This document shows positions 1-12,490 of a DNA stretch of 64,000 nt, one piece after another. The stretch spans positions 17,794,001 through 17,858,000 of the forward strand of contig JBHGNT010000011.1 of assembly GCA_043228905.1 (NCBI GenBank). Direction: 5' to 3'. A program made the translations under genes and the position numbers. The notes below the pieces were generated by a model. That model had not been told where the DNA came from. It did not search any database and saw nothing but the letters and a program-made list of their open reading frames with translations. Numbering within the stretch: position 1 is the stretch's first letter; each line of letters opens with the position of its first letter. Source of the stretch: Azolla caroliniana (lineage: Eukaryota > Plantae > Polypodiophyta).

Positions 1-1406
1 TTCCGTTTCTTCCACGGCATTCACATGTACTGGATAGATACACGGAAATATTGCATCAGTCAAGCAAGAAAGATTGTTTTTATTGCTGTTGTCTAGGTTA
101 CGATCTTTGCTCCTGACTGAAAGAGAGTTCAATCGTAAAAGATCATCGCATCACATTTCTTCTTTGTCATTCTTTGGAAATGAAACAATTGTACCACTAA
201 CGTTTGAGGCAACTACCCCATTTTCCTCGATAAGTATGTGTTTTTTTATTGATATAACCACTATTTGATTTATTGTCAAATCTAGGATTCCAATTGTTTT
301 TTGCTTCTCTCAATGGGCAAAGATCTATTTCTAACTGAAAGAGTAAGAATCCTCAAATTTTTTTATATTCTGAGCTTGCGAAACAATATATAGGAACTTT
401 ATTGGAGTCAGTCAATTGATTGTTTGAACAAAAAAAATATTTACACTCGTTTAGAATCGAGTGTTTTGTTTTGATATAACTTTTTGTATTTTCCAATCTG
501 GCCTTACAAGCGTGTTTCTTTATTCTGTCTTTTTGTTTGATCAAAATAGACTTGCATCATTTAGGTAAAGATAAATCCCTATCTAAAGATGGAAACAATA
601 GCCTAAAGGATGATTTTATGATAAATTCTTTTCCATTTCATGACAATGTCATAACAGTATTATATAAAGGTTTGAGTTTCTGTGACCATATACATTCTTG
701 AATGCTAAATTTCTCATCATTGATCCTTGGATGGATATTCTTGAAATTCCAAATTTCACGCATAGTGCATGTACAGATGATTATGACATATTCAGGGCTT
801 GTATGGATCTTTCTTGTAACAAGGGCTATAGGACAGTGATAAAGAGTGTCTTTCTTTCATTAATAAAGAAAGGATTCAGGGCAACTCTAAAAGGAGGGTT
901 CTATCCAACATAACTCGGGGAACATTGTCCATGGATCCATGATTTATTCAGTTATGATCAATATCCTTCTGCATATGTTTCACAAAATTGTGGCAGCACA
1001 AAATTTACATTGGAACAGAATTTTTAATTCACTTCATAATAATATCTAGTGAAGATGCATAGGCCTAAAAACTACTTGAACTATTTGAAATATCTTGCAT
1101 TTCTCTTTTCCTTTGGGTTGGACTTTCAAAAATCTTTAAGTTTTTTGTTGTTTTATGCTAGCCCATATACTTTAAAACACGTTTACATCCTTGATAATTG
1201 CAGTAGAAGCAAAACTGTCATGGTTTTTACTCTCCAAAGCTTACACAAAATGGATATGTCAAACGTTGATAAGCTGACTGGAGCCATATATATGATGGAT
1301 GATTTGTTCATTTGATATGCTTATTCATTGTTACAGGGAACATATTTTACAGTGCTATATCAGGAAGTCTACAAGGCCGATTTTACACAGAAAAAAAATC
1401 AGAGTT

Positions 1407-4400
1407 ATGGAAGGTGTGTTTCGGTTATCGGAAACAGAAGACGAGAGTAAGATGTTACATCTATTAAAGATCATTAAGGAAAACAAGAGAAAACATGTCA
1501 ATTACAAGAGTATTGGTGGAGTTTCAACCTTTGTTAACAATAATGATGACATCTTATTGGAAGAAAATTTCCATTTGGATCCTTTGGGATCAGTTTCTAC
1601 CATTTTATCATCTGATTTTTTAGCTTGGCAGCCTCTCGAAAATATGCAGGTAAAATGTTGTTTGGAGATTGACTGTTGCTTTAGGCAATTGCATAAGTAC
1701 TTAAAGCATTTCGGGTTAAAAGTTGTTGGAAGGTAAGAATCTGAACGTAAAAGTTGTCTTTTCAACGTCTCTGTTTAGGATTGATCTAATACCTCTCGAA
1801 TCTTGACATTTGCATAATGACAGTATTACTTGTACTACCAAGTTGGTTCATAGGCCGACTGTTGGTCTGTAGCAGATAGCTTTTTCTTCTTTACTGTATC
1901 CACTATTATAGATTGAAAATGTCTCCTGTTATTCCTCATTGTTGCCATAAACTTTCATTTGCTTCTTATTATGTGCTTGATGACTAGCTATTATTGTCCA
2001 CCAAAGTATATGTGTGTGCGTGTGTATTATAGCTCTTTTATATACCCATAGGCCTACATCCTATCAGAGTGATCCATGATAGTTTCATATACATGGTTCA
2101 GAAAATTGCAACTCTGTTTTCTCTTGTCTCATGTCTCACAATGACTAGCAAGTGTTCATGATTAATGATTATTTTCGTATTTAATAGAAAGCAATGTCAT
2201 CATATTTTAACTCATCTTCCATAAAGAAAAAAAAACATTATTTCCTCAGTTGGATTAACCTTTGACCTTGTTTTCTAGGGTACAGAAACAATTTGTTGCT
2301 GGACATTTTTAAATAATGAAGAAACTTCAAATTGTTTGGAACTTTCAGAAATATATGGTGTTAAATTAGGTTCAATGGGGTCCTGTGATCAAGATAAATC
2401 AGCAACAGGAGTTAATGGGGTGAGAAGATATTAATGGAATCTTATTTGTTGTTTATTCTTCCAATATCCTTATGTCATGAAGGGTTAAACATAACATAGT
2501 CATGTTTAGGTGTATCACTTTACAGTTTTTGCATGCACGAATTCCTCCAACCGAAAGGGTACTTGGATCCCAATGTCTTTCAAGTTTTTCCATACTAATA
2601 AAGAAGTGTGTGAGAGGTGGGCAAACAAATTACAATCCCTTATTGAGAGAGACAGGAAACGACCAAAAAATCTCTTGGTATTTGGAAATATTTATTACTT
2701 CTCATAATATCATTGTTATGGTAATTTAGATATGTTTGTGCTTATCCCCATGTTAGCCTTTGCTTCTCTTTGGCACATGTTTCCCAGCCAAATGTGAATG
2801 AAGGCTCATGGGCTGATGCAAGAATTTAAATGAAAAAATTGGCTGAGAGATACCATCAACATACATCGCAAGTAGGACTGATGCTATGTTCAATCTTGAA
2901 GGTGATAATTAACCCACACAGTGGCAAGAAAACTGCTTTAAAAACCTGGAAAGAAGTGTCCAGTCTTTTTGAACAAGCAAATATTAACACAAAGGTATGC
3001 TTGAATGAATTATGAAAAACTTCATTTTTAAGGCTATTTGTGAATGAACTCCTCTCTGTGTGCTGTGAATCAGGTATTAGAGACGGTACGAGTGAGGCAT
3101 GCATTTGAAGTGTTGAACAGAGCTAGCGATGATGAATTATCTAAATTGGATGGAGTCGTCATTGTGGTAAGGAACCAAAACCCAATGCGTTGATGGATAA
3201 AACATCTCAATAAAGTTGTGAAAACACTAGTTATAAACAAGAATCAAGAAAGACTTAACAAAAACTTGCTGTAAAACTTCAGAAGAACCAAGTTGCAAAT
3301 TCTCTTTACATGAAATTAAATACATGGAAAAGTTACCTTGTCTGAACTCTCTAGGATTTTTTTTACATTAGAGGTGAATATTTGTAATAAGAGAACAATA
3401 AACTTTGTGGAACTCTAGTTGTAATGTTGTTGTGTCCAATTGTCTCCATGGTGTTATGTCAAAGTACACATGTATATATATACATCAAAATAAAAATTTG
3501 GTAAAATGCCAATAACATAACCTAATCGAACTTCATGATCAGCAAAACCTTATAAGGGTTATTTTGAAATAATACCGACCGATATTTCACACTATCGTTG
3601 TTCAACTCTGATTGAAGTGTCCTCAAATTTCAGTTTCCTCTGATAGCTGGAGCCCTGTGTTTCAGGGTGGCGATGGGCTCTTCAATGAGGTTCTGAATGG
3701 TCTTTTGTTGCGCCGCCATAGAGCAAAATATCCTCCCAAACCAGAGAGTACTGGTGTGAAAGAAACATCTGCAGATTCATCCACATGTATGGATGATATA
3801 ACGATGAAATATACTAGCTTGAAGGATTCCAATAGCTCTAAGTACATCCGTCTCTCGGGTTCAGAAGATAATCACATTGAAAATCACACTCTTAATTCAC
3901 CAATGAGATGCAATGAATTTACCTCTGCTGGGAATGATGAATCTATATACTATAAAGATGGAGGTTTTGTCATGCAATCAGACTCTTGCTCAGATGGCAG
4001 AGGAGAAATGAGTAAGCCTTCCAGACATTCCTGTCTTTTTGTGAAACTACTGTTTAATATTACCTTTATGAGTAATGAAGATTTGGATAATGCCTAAACT
4101 ATGGAAAGCATCATACTTTTGTTTCAAGATGTTTCTTGTATAAATAACAAATCAAGATATTCAAATCTGATGTGGCTATCATGATGTTTTCAAAGTAAAA
4201 ATAAATCTTGATCTAGGAGCCTAAAAGAGCATGGTCTGGCTACACACTCATGGAGATTAATAAGGCTCTTGCATGAACCCTCTTAATTAATTCAACGGAG
4301 TTCAGATGGATGGTATTCTTACTGACATATTTCTTGCATAACCACATGAAATACTACAATGTTCATCTTTTGGGGATTTTTCACTCCAAACCACCTGCCA

Positions 4401-7400
4401 GGCCCTGCCCATCTTTATTTATTTTGTTTTGTTTTCATTTTTATTTTTTCTTCCAATTTTTTCCTCTTATTCTGGGGAGTTCCCTTTCAATTCAGATGAA
4501 TTTGATGATCTTGCACTAATTGGATTGGGTATCATGCCCGACAGGCTATGGCTAGATTAATTTGTTTTTCTTTGCTTATACATGCAAGCTATTAACAAAA
4601 GTATGTCCAGATTTCATCCAAACCCATAGACTTGGCCTCTCAGGAGGTCATTGCATCCGTATTTCCTCGAATGTTGTTTGCAAGACACAATGCATTTTTT
4701 CTTTGATTGAGAAACTGTACATGAACCTGATTATTGGGGTGATCATCGCATTCGTATTTCTTAAAATGTTTGCGAGGCATAAGGAAATGAATGACCACTC
4801 AAGTGGCTGAGTATCATGCATGCTTGCTTTATCGAAGAACAAATGCATCATACATGGGACTTGGCCACTTGGCTGGTCATTCAATACATGGGAGAAAGAA
4901 AACCATATATGGAACTTGGCCACTAGAGTGGTCATCACATCCTTCTTTCCTAGAATGTTTGTGAGGCGTGATGCATTCGTTCTTTGATGAAGAAAAGGGA
5001 CCTCTGTTATGAACAATAAAAAAGAAGTCTGATGTAATTGTTACAATTGGATACACAAAGAAGGAAGACAAAGGAAACAAGATTTTTGTGCAGTCTGATC
5101 TAATGAGCTTTTATTTCCACAAAAATGTGGAATAACATGAAGTCTAATTGATAATTTATCATGCATGTGACTTTTGCTAAGAATACCTTGAGTAAATCTA
5201 AGCCAAAAGTTAGATTTGTAATTAATATGCGCGTTCTACTGAAGCACTTTACTATTCTGGATTATGTTTCACTTAAAAGAGGATAAACTGACCCACAATG
5301 TGAGGAAGATCCATAAAGTTTTGACGTGCATGCTTAGTTTGTATATGTATATATGCACAGACATGATATTTGGAATTACTGATTATCTCTCTTTTGCTTG
5401 TGTAGGTAGAGAAGGGGATCCATCAAATTCTGCATTTGTATTTCCTAATGAAACCTTTAGAATTGGCATTATTCCTGCTGGATCAACAGATTCGATTGCT
5501 GTCAGGTTTTTGGAAATATAAAAGATTTATACTGACTAATTCATGTTGTACAAATTTCAGCTAGGTTCATTTTTCTGTTGAATGTACATATGAATCAGTA
5601 CAACTGGATCTCGAGATGCTGCCACCTGTTCCCTGCATATTATCCTTGGTGAGAGTGTGCCACTTGATATTGTGCGTCTTCTCAGTTGGAAAAGCAGATC
5701 CACATCTACAGAGGAACTACCTCGCATACGCTATGCTGCATCTTTTGCTGGGTAAAATATTCTTGAAAGAAAAGTCAGTCAGCCTATATTGATAAGAGAT
5801 AGTTTGTGCTAGTAGTGTCATGAATCTCTTCTCCCTATCTATCTTGCAGATATGGATTTTATGGGGATATAATTAAGGAAAGTGAGCCACATCGTTGGAT
5901 GGGCCCAATGAGATATGATTATGCAGGGACAAAAGTCTTTGCCCAGCACAAGTAAATTCAAAAACCTTTTTTCAAATGTCTTATATTTATTTGGTTTTAA
6001 AAATACGTGTGCATGTGTGCTTGTACAAAAGTGTACTTATAGTATAGAATACAAACTGAAAAAGTGTAAATGGTTTCAGAGTTTGCCCAAAGTTGGAAAT
6101 AAGAAACTTGGGATTGGATATGTTGAAGATAAAAACATGTGGAAAGTTGGAGAATGTTTATATTTAACATAAATATTGAGATGTCATGACATGTGCACAT
6201 TTGAAACTTCAGCTGATATCTTCCATAAAAACTTTAAACTTTAAGTGAGCATTTGCAGAAATTGAGGAAAACTAAAAGAATTTCATGATAGAGACGAGTG
6301 GGCAAGATGATTATGGAATAGGGGGGAGAGAGGGGGGGGATGTGGGGTTTTTAGAGAAAGATTATATGAGAAGTTACAGAAATTGAGGCGAAATTAGTAA
6401 AATTTCACAAATAGGGACTATAATGGGGCGAGTGAGAGAGGTGGAAGTTTCAGATAAAAGGGATAGTGTATATTTTTCCTGAAGAAGGCTCCTTTTTGAT
6501 GATGGGTTTGTGTATATTCAGTAAAGATGCCAAGACTGTCAACAGATATCTAAAATGGATGAAAGAAAATTGAGTACCATAGGTGTTCCATGGAAATATT
6601 CCATTCTCCAACAGCTTGTTTAATGAATATAAGGCTACCTTTATTGATTTTGAGTATGGAGTAAACTGAACAGAAGGGTTCTTGAAATAAATGTAATTAA
6701 GAGAAGAGGTCATTGGAAGTATCCAATCTGTAGGAATGTGTTATAATGTGCAGAAAGAGCTATGTATTTTTGGGAGATCCGCTTTTGAGTCTATGGGTTA
6801 ATGACCTTGTGGCCATCCCATAGGATAATAATATCACAATGAGAAAGTGTATATCACATTGATACATGAATCCCTCGTGTGCTGTTGCACCACCTTGTGC
6901 GGTATATTTTATGTATTCGTCAGTGGATTGGTGGGTGTAAGAACATGGCATGTTTACAAATCAAAGGAGTTCTCACTCTTCCACTCCAATAAAGGGTGGT
7001 CAATCTCATGATTCCTTCCAATAGGTAAATCTCATTTTCTGTGCAGCATTTCTTTGGTTCTTGTTTGATTGACTGTCTACAGAGAATTGTGCAGTGGTTG
7101 TGTAACTATTTGTGTATCCTTTTCTATTATTTATGAGAAATAAAATGAACACAAAATTGGTCGAATCTAATATGAAGATATAATGCCAGGTTGTACGAGG
7201 CTGAGGTATCTTTTATTGAGATTCCAGAAAGAAATACAAGCACTTCATCCTCTAACAATTTGCAAAAGGGAAGCCCATTGAAAGGGCGATTAGGAAAAAT
7301 GATTTGTGGTTCCAATTGCAGTATCTGTATGAATGGATTCGACTTTTCAGAAATAGATGAAAGATCTTTGTTATCTATGTATCCCTCCGAAAAGGGTTCA

Positions 7401-7986
7401 AGGTGGAAGCATTCCAAGGGTTCTTTCATAAGCATAGGAGCTGCGGTAATGTCTTGTCGGAATGACAAAGCACCTAATGGAGTAGCTGCAAATGCACATC
7501 TTGCGGATGGCCTCATGCATTTGATCCTTATCAAGAATTGTTCACGGTTGGCTTACTTGTGGTAAAATTTGCCTCATCTGTTAGTTCCGTTTAAATATGC
7601 CTTTCATTATTGCTAAACCCTTTTGCTATGGATCTTTTTAAAGGCATGAACTATGTTTTACGATGGAAATGCTTTTTGTTGATGATTCATAACCAGGCAC
7701 TTGATTCAGTTGACGAGAGAAGATGGACATCCATTAGACTTTGAATTTATTGAAGTATATAAGGTATTTCAATAATAGGTTTCGTCCATAAGCATATGCA
7801 TTAGCTATGATAAATGATCAGCTTAGAGGAGTCTTCTCTAAAATGCAGACCCCACAATTCAACTTTATCTCACAAGGTGAAGAAAGTATTTGGAATGTTG
7901 ATGGAGAGATTCTCCCCGCTCATCGACTTTCAGCTCAGGTTTTCCGAGGTCTTATCAATATATTTGCTTCAGGTCCAATTGTTTGA
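1407..7986 (+). CDS. CERK: Ceramide kinase (ACD5/CERK-like), 12 coding exons, ~671 aa
   Basis: Hand-spliced GT-AG exons with consistent phases: 1407-1649, 2279-2419, 2510-2677, 2902-2994, 3074-3166, 3666-4011, 5406-5505, 5599-5751, 5850-5951, 7190-7561, 7697-7763, 7849-7986. DAGK/sphingosine-kinase motifs INPHSGK, VGGDGLFNEVLNG, IPAGSTD, GYGFYGD..ESE..RWMGPMRYD, CxxxCxxC (CGSNCSIC), SCRNDKAPNG, WNVDGE. Confidence 0.92.
4560..5090 (-). mobile_element. Probable degenerate LINE 3' fragment in CERK intron 6
   Basis: Broken minus-strand frames include TLVAKFHIW, which resembles the (I/L)AKxxIW motif near the C-terminus of L1-type ORF2; identification by eye only. Confidence 0.3.
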
Positions 7987-8334
7987 CTTATTCTGAATTA
8001 GATAGATGATGCTGGTGAAATGGGTAGTTATGACATTGTAGAATTACAAATCTGTCTGTTTCATTCTGTTGTTATGACATACTAATCACCCGCAAATACA
8101 AAATTATTTATGTAGTAGGCAAAATACTATCTCTTGAGACAATTCTTGTATTGTTTTTATCAAATTGCATCTTTATCTGTATATGATACTTGTAGAGGAA
8201 CTTTGACATCTATGAGATGGTGTTATAACCGGCATTCCTTCATTCTGTCTTTCGCACACAATCATCACTATTATCTAAGTTAAACATTCTAAGATGTTGT
8301 AAGACTACCCTACGGCCTTGCAAAGGGGTTACAA

Positions 8335-9240
8335 TAGTTTGGGCAATAGTAATTTGTCATGGCGTAGGCCTTGGCCTCGTTGACCACGATCTCACCACAC
8401 ATGACCCTTGTCTTCGACAAATAAAGGTCGTTATCTCTTGCCATGGTAGGTGCTTCTCTTGCTTTGGAGACTTCTCCATTCTAGATCGGCCTATGCTAGA
8501 GATTTTTCAAAGACAAAAAGTACATTAAATCTGACTTAATTCTTTAGTCATGTCTTAATTCTAATTCTATTTACTTTTTTACTTAGTCATGTTTACTTTT
8601 GTTTGCTATTATCAAAGATGAGAACATTTTAAGATGTAATCTCATGTTTGGTCTTATAGGCCATTTTGGCCTTTTAAAGACGATAATCTCTCTTGCTCTC
8701 TTTAATTTCACAATCGTTAAGTGCTTGGATAACATGGTTATTTCGTCGTAAAGACGAGGTAAACATTTCAAGATGTAATTTGTTGTTCAACCGTATAGGC
8801 CATTTTGGCATCTTAAAAGACATCATTATATCTTTCTTTCTTTCTTTCCCTCCTACCAATAGTTTGGGCAATAGAAATTTGTCTTGTGCACATAGGCCCT
8901 GGCCCCATGGACCACGATCTTACCACCCTTGTCATAGACAGATTAAAGCCATTATCTCCCGCAGGTGCTTCCCTCACATCAGAGACCTCTCCATTCTGGA
9001 TTGACCTATGCTAGAGATATTTCAAAGACAAAAGTTATGATAGATCTGACTTGAGAACCTTACATGTGGATAAAAAGATTCTTTAATCTCTTTTATCTTA
9101 TTTACTTTTATGTTTACATAGTAACATTTATTTTATTTTGATTTGTTGTTCTGAAAGAGGAGAAAACACCTAAGATGTAATCTCTTGTTTGGTTTTGCAG
9201 GCCATTTTGGCCTCTTAAAAGACATTAATATATATTTCTT
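8335..9240. repeat. Composite dispersed/tandem repeat downstream of CERK (module A x2, module B x3)
   Basis: Module A (~190 bp, AATAGTTTGGGCAATAG...CTATGCTAGAGA..TTCAAAGACAAAA) at ~8335-8535 and ~8858-9050; module B (~70 bp, AAGATGTAAT...GGCCATTTTGGC..TTAAAAGAC) at ~8630, ~8770 and ~9170, with a diverged copy near 12645. Confidence 0.7.
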
Positions 9241-9274
9241 TCTTTCTCTATAACAAGAAACACCCTTACCAGTT

Positions 9275-9940
9275 AATGGTTGGCGAAAGGGGAATGTAGA
9301 CAATATGTGCCCTTTTTGTACGGATCGACTACTAAGCATTGTTTGTGGAGTCGTGGTTTTGCGATGGAAATATGGAAAAGAATCATAAGACTGTTAATAC
9401 CAGCATATCCCCGCGCATTGTATACTTGGAAAGCGTTATTGTAGGTGGTGGTACAAGATAAACCAATGGTATATGAACAAGAGGAGTTGCAAATGTTATT
9501 GCAATGAGACATGGTTTGATGCAAAAAACATTGATACCTTTGAATCCACAAATAGAGACTGATAAACTTGAAATATGGTAATTGGTAAGTAGTATCACAA
9601 TTTGGTATATTTGGAAGGTTCAATGTTTGAAGGTCTTTCAAAATGTGACTAAAAGACTTGCCCGAATAATTTCTAGGATGTGGACAGAGATTATGCATAA
9701 TCTCAGAGGTTCTTTGGATAATATAAAAGGTAATGTGCAACATGCGGAGCTCAAACAATCGGAGTTTCATGCCACCTGGGACAGAGAAATATTTTATAGA
9801 CGGATTTTTGATAAGGAGGAGTGGTTCTACTCTACACCAAAGTATTTATTTAAGCCAGCAGTTAGAATTTATGGAAGGGGATCATTAACGAAAGGTGCAT
9901 TTCTTAATACTAATGTAGTGTCCTTTTTTGGAAAAAAAGA
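9275..9940 (+). mobile_element. 5'-truncated LINE fragment (zf-RVT region, 3' end, A-rich tail)
   Basis: Frames read roughly C..C...STKHCLWS..FAMEIWKRI and SITIWYIWKVQC.KVFQN, typical of the L1 zinc-knuckle/C-terminal region; ends CTTAATACTAATGTAGTGTCCTTTTTTGGAAAAAAAG. Confidence 0.7.
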
Positions 9941-11118
9941 AACACTCTTGCACCGAATGGTAGATGAAACACCTTAACACCACTACAATATACATTGCAT
10001 AACGTGCCATGTAAACCATACATTCACTTCTAACCCAACTCTCTTTGTCTCTTTGGATGTTACCTTGGTGGTTACATGGTTGCATCAAGTCATAAAGGCA
10101 AGAGAACCCAAGTTTGATGCTCATCATGGGTTCAGTGCCATTCCCACAAATCACAATGTGTTTTGTGGTAAGTTCACAAGATTACATTTGTTGATATTGG
10201 GGAAATACTCAAAATACACGAACGAAATATGTTTAGAATATTTGGGATTCCGTGTTTAGAATTCTTTAGAATGACATCTAGATAGAGTTGGAGTAATGGT
10301 AAATTTAGTTCTTTCAATGATTTAGTTTTCGATGCTAGCACACTAGAGTTATGCTCATAAAAAATATCTTTACCTTACCAATTAGATTTGAGAGCTCATT
10401 AAATCGTATACTAGACAAATTTATATATTGGAAATCAAGCATGGTCATTGAATCTGAGATTGGATCTGGTAAAATCCATCACGATACCAATGACTTCATA
10501 TTAGAAGAGATGACAATGATACATGGAACGAAGGTTGTCCCATAGAAGGATCGAACTTTCGTTCTTTCAAATTTATGAACTTTATGCTATTGTGCAACCA
10601 CACCGACAACTTGAAGAGAGAGAGAGAGAGAGAGAGAGATCTTAGATATGGCAAGTTTTGTCGCCTTGTTATTTGATGCCAAGACAGTGGGTGTTTGCAT
10701 AATTCACATAGGTCAAAGTTCAAACTGAATAAGAGATGGAGATTTTTAGGGCATGATGATAGATATACAAGCATCCATATGCAACTAATATGATCAATGG
10801 AACTCGCATTTATAAAGCAATCTTCCCTAATCATGCATATGGAAGACTTAAAAACATGGTTCCATGTCCACTTCATTTTGTTTATTTGCACATGGGGATA
10901 TTGCTTAGTGTGCCACTTACAAACCATTTCTAGATCTCTCATTGGGGAGGGGATTTTGAGGTATTGTCCTCCTTACTTCCAATATGTACTCTTGTAAAAT
11001 CTATAGGACTCATGAACTCTATTTTCCTTCATGTATCTTGAACTTGCACGCTACTTCTTGGTATAATTGGGCAACCATTGCTTTGATGTGTGTTGATACT
11101 CCAAACCAAAAGTCTAGA

Positions 11119-11296
11119 TAGTGTCAAAAGCCTTGTTGAATTCTAGATAAGAGTAGTACATTGGTTGTCCTTTTAAGTTGACTTTCCCATTTTAATCACC
11201 AAACAAATTGTGTCAAAAGCCTTGTTGAATTCTAGATAAGAGTAAAACATTGATTGTCCTTTTAAGTTGACTTTGACATTTTAATTACCAAACAAA
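11119..11296. repeat. Tandem duplication, 2 x ~89 bp
   Basis: GTGTCAAAAGCCTTGTTGAATTCTAGATAAGAGTA...TTTTAAT.ACCAAACAAA occurs at ~11121 and ~11210. Confidence 0.85.
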
Positions 11297-12065
11297 GAAG
11301 GCGACCAATAGTTTTTGTTTTCGTGTAAGAATTTTTCTTCTCCCGTAACTCTCGTATGAAACATACTCTAACTTAATGTCTCAAAAAAATGTTTGTAGTG
11401 TTTTGCAATGTAATGTATTGACAAATAAAAAACAATCTTTTGTTTACCTTCAAATGTTTTTTGCATATTCTAAGAAAGAACTCACCAAAAACAAAATTAA
11501 CACAACTTAAATTTGACCTATCCCATGTTTTAACAAAGTTTTCTCTTCCTTATCATAAACTTGAGAAACAAGTTTCAAGACCATTATTTTCCGAACTTTC
11601 TACTTTCTTTTGTTCTAAGAATATATACATAATTATGGTAATAATAAGATATTTGAATTATTAATAATTGAAACAGTGAAGCAATGTAGCAATTCGCCCA
11701 TTTAATTAATGGTAGCAAAATAAACACATTAAACTTAATTCATTAGCTTGGGCCCCATTTCTTCATGGAGAATTTATCCTCCATGTCTACTTGATTTATT
11801 CTTGTCCAACATCGGCAACTCAAGGCCTACATTTTCCTTGACATAGCAGTTAGCTTATCTCATGTTGGAATATTTTAGGCATGTGTTGTAACAATTGTTG
11901 AGAAACATTGGATAGTTAACATGTATTACTGTAGATTTTTCCAAAGCAACATGTCTAGTATAGCAAACAATATTCCATTATTTAGTTTTCTCTCTTTAAT
12001 CTTTATTCCTTTGTTCTCTTAAATCATGGACATATTAAAACAAAATGATTATATTTAAGTTAACA

Positions 12066-12490
12066 ATTGGAAGGCTCGATGTTTGAAGGTATTTCAAAAT
12101 GTGACTGAAAGACCTGTCAAAATAATTTCAGGAATTTGGAGAAAGCTTGTGCATAATATTAGAGGTTTGTTGGATAGTATAAAAGATAATACACACCAAG
12201 CGGAGCTTAAGCGTTTGGAGTTTTATGCCATCTGGGGCATACGTATATTTTATAGACAGCTTTTTGATAAAGTGGAGTGGTTTTACTCAACACCAAAGTA
12301 TTTATTTAAGCCGATGGTTAGAATTTATAAAAATAAAGGGGATTTGTGGTATATCTTGTATGTATGTATAGCCTTATGACGTTTTCTAATACTAATATAG
12401 TATCTTTATTTTTGGAAAAAAATAAAAAATAAAAAAACATGCCACTTTCTTCGTACTGATGTAGTATCTTTTTTTAAGAAAAAAAAACTC
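12066..12490 (+). mobile_element. Second, shorter copy of the same LINE 3' end
   Basis: ORF 12083-12379 (KVFQNVT...EWFYSTPKYLFKP.VRIY) aligns to ORF 9582-9977; same terminal motif CTAATACTAAT.TAGT followed by an A-rich tail. Confidence 0.75.

Noticed and set aside
3730-4011. Long low-complexity insertion within the CERK catalytic domain
   Set aside because: Plant ceramide kinases are known to have a variable insert at this position.
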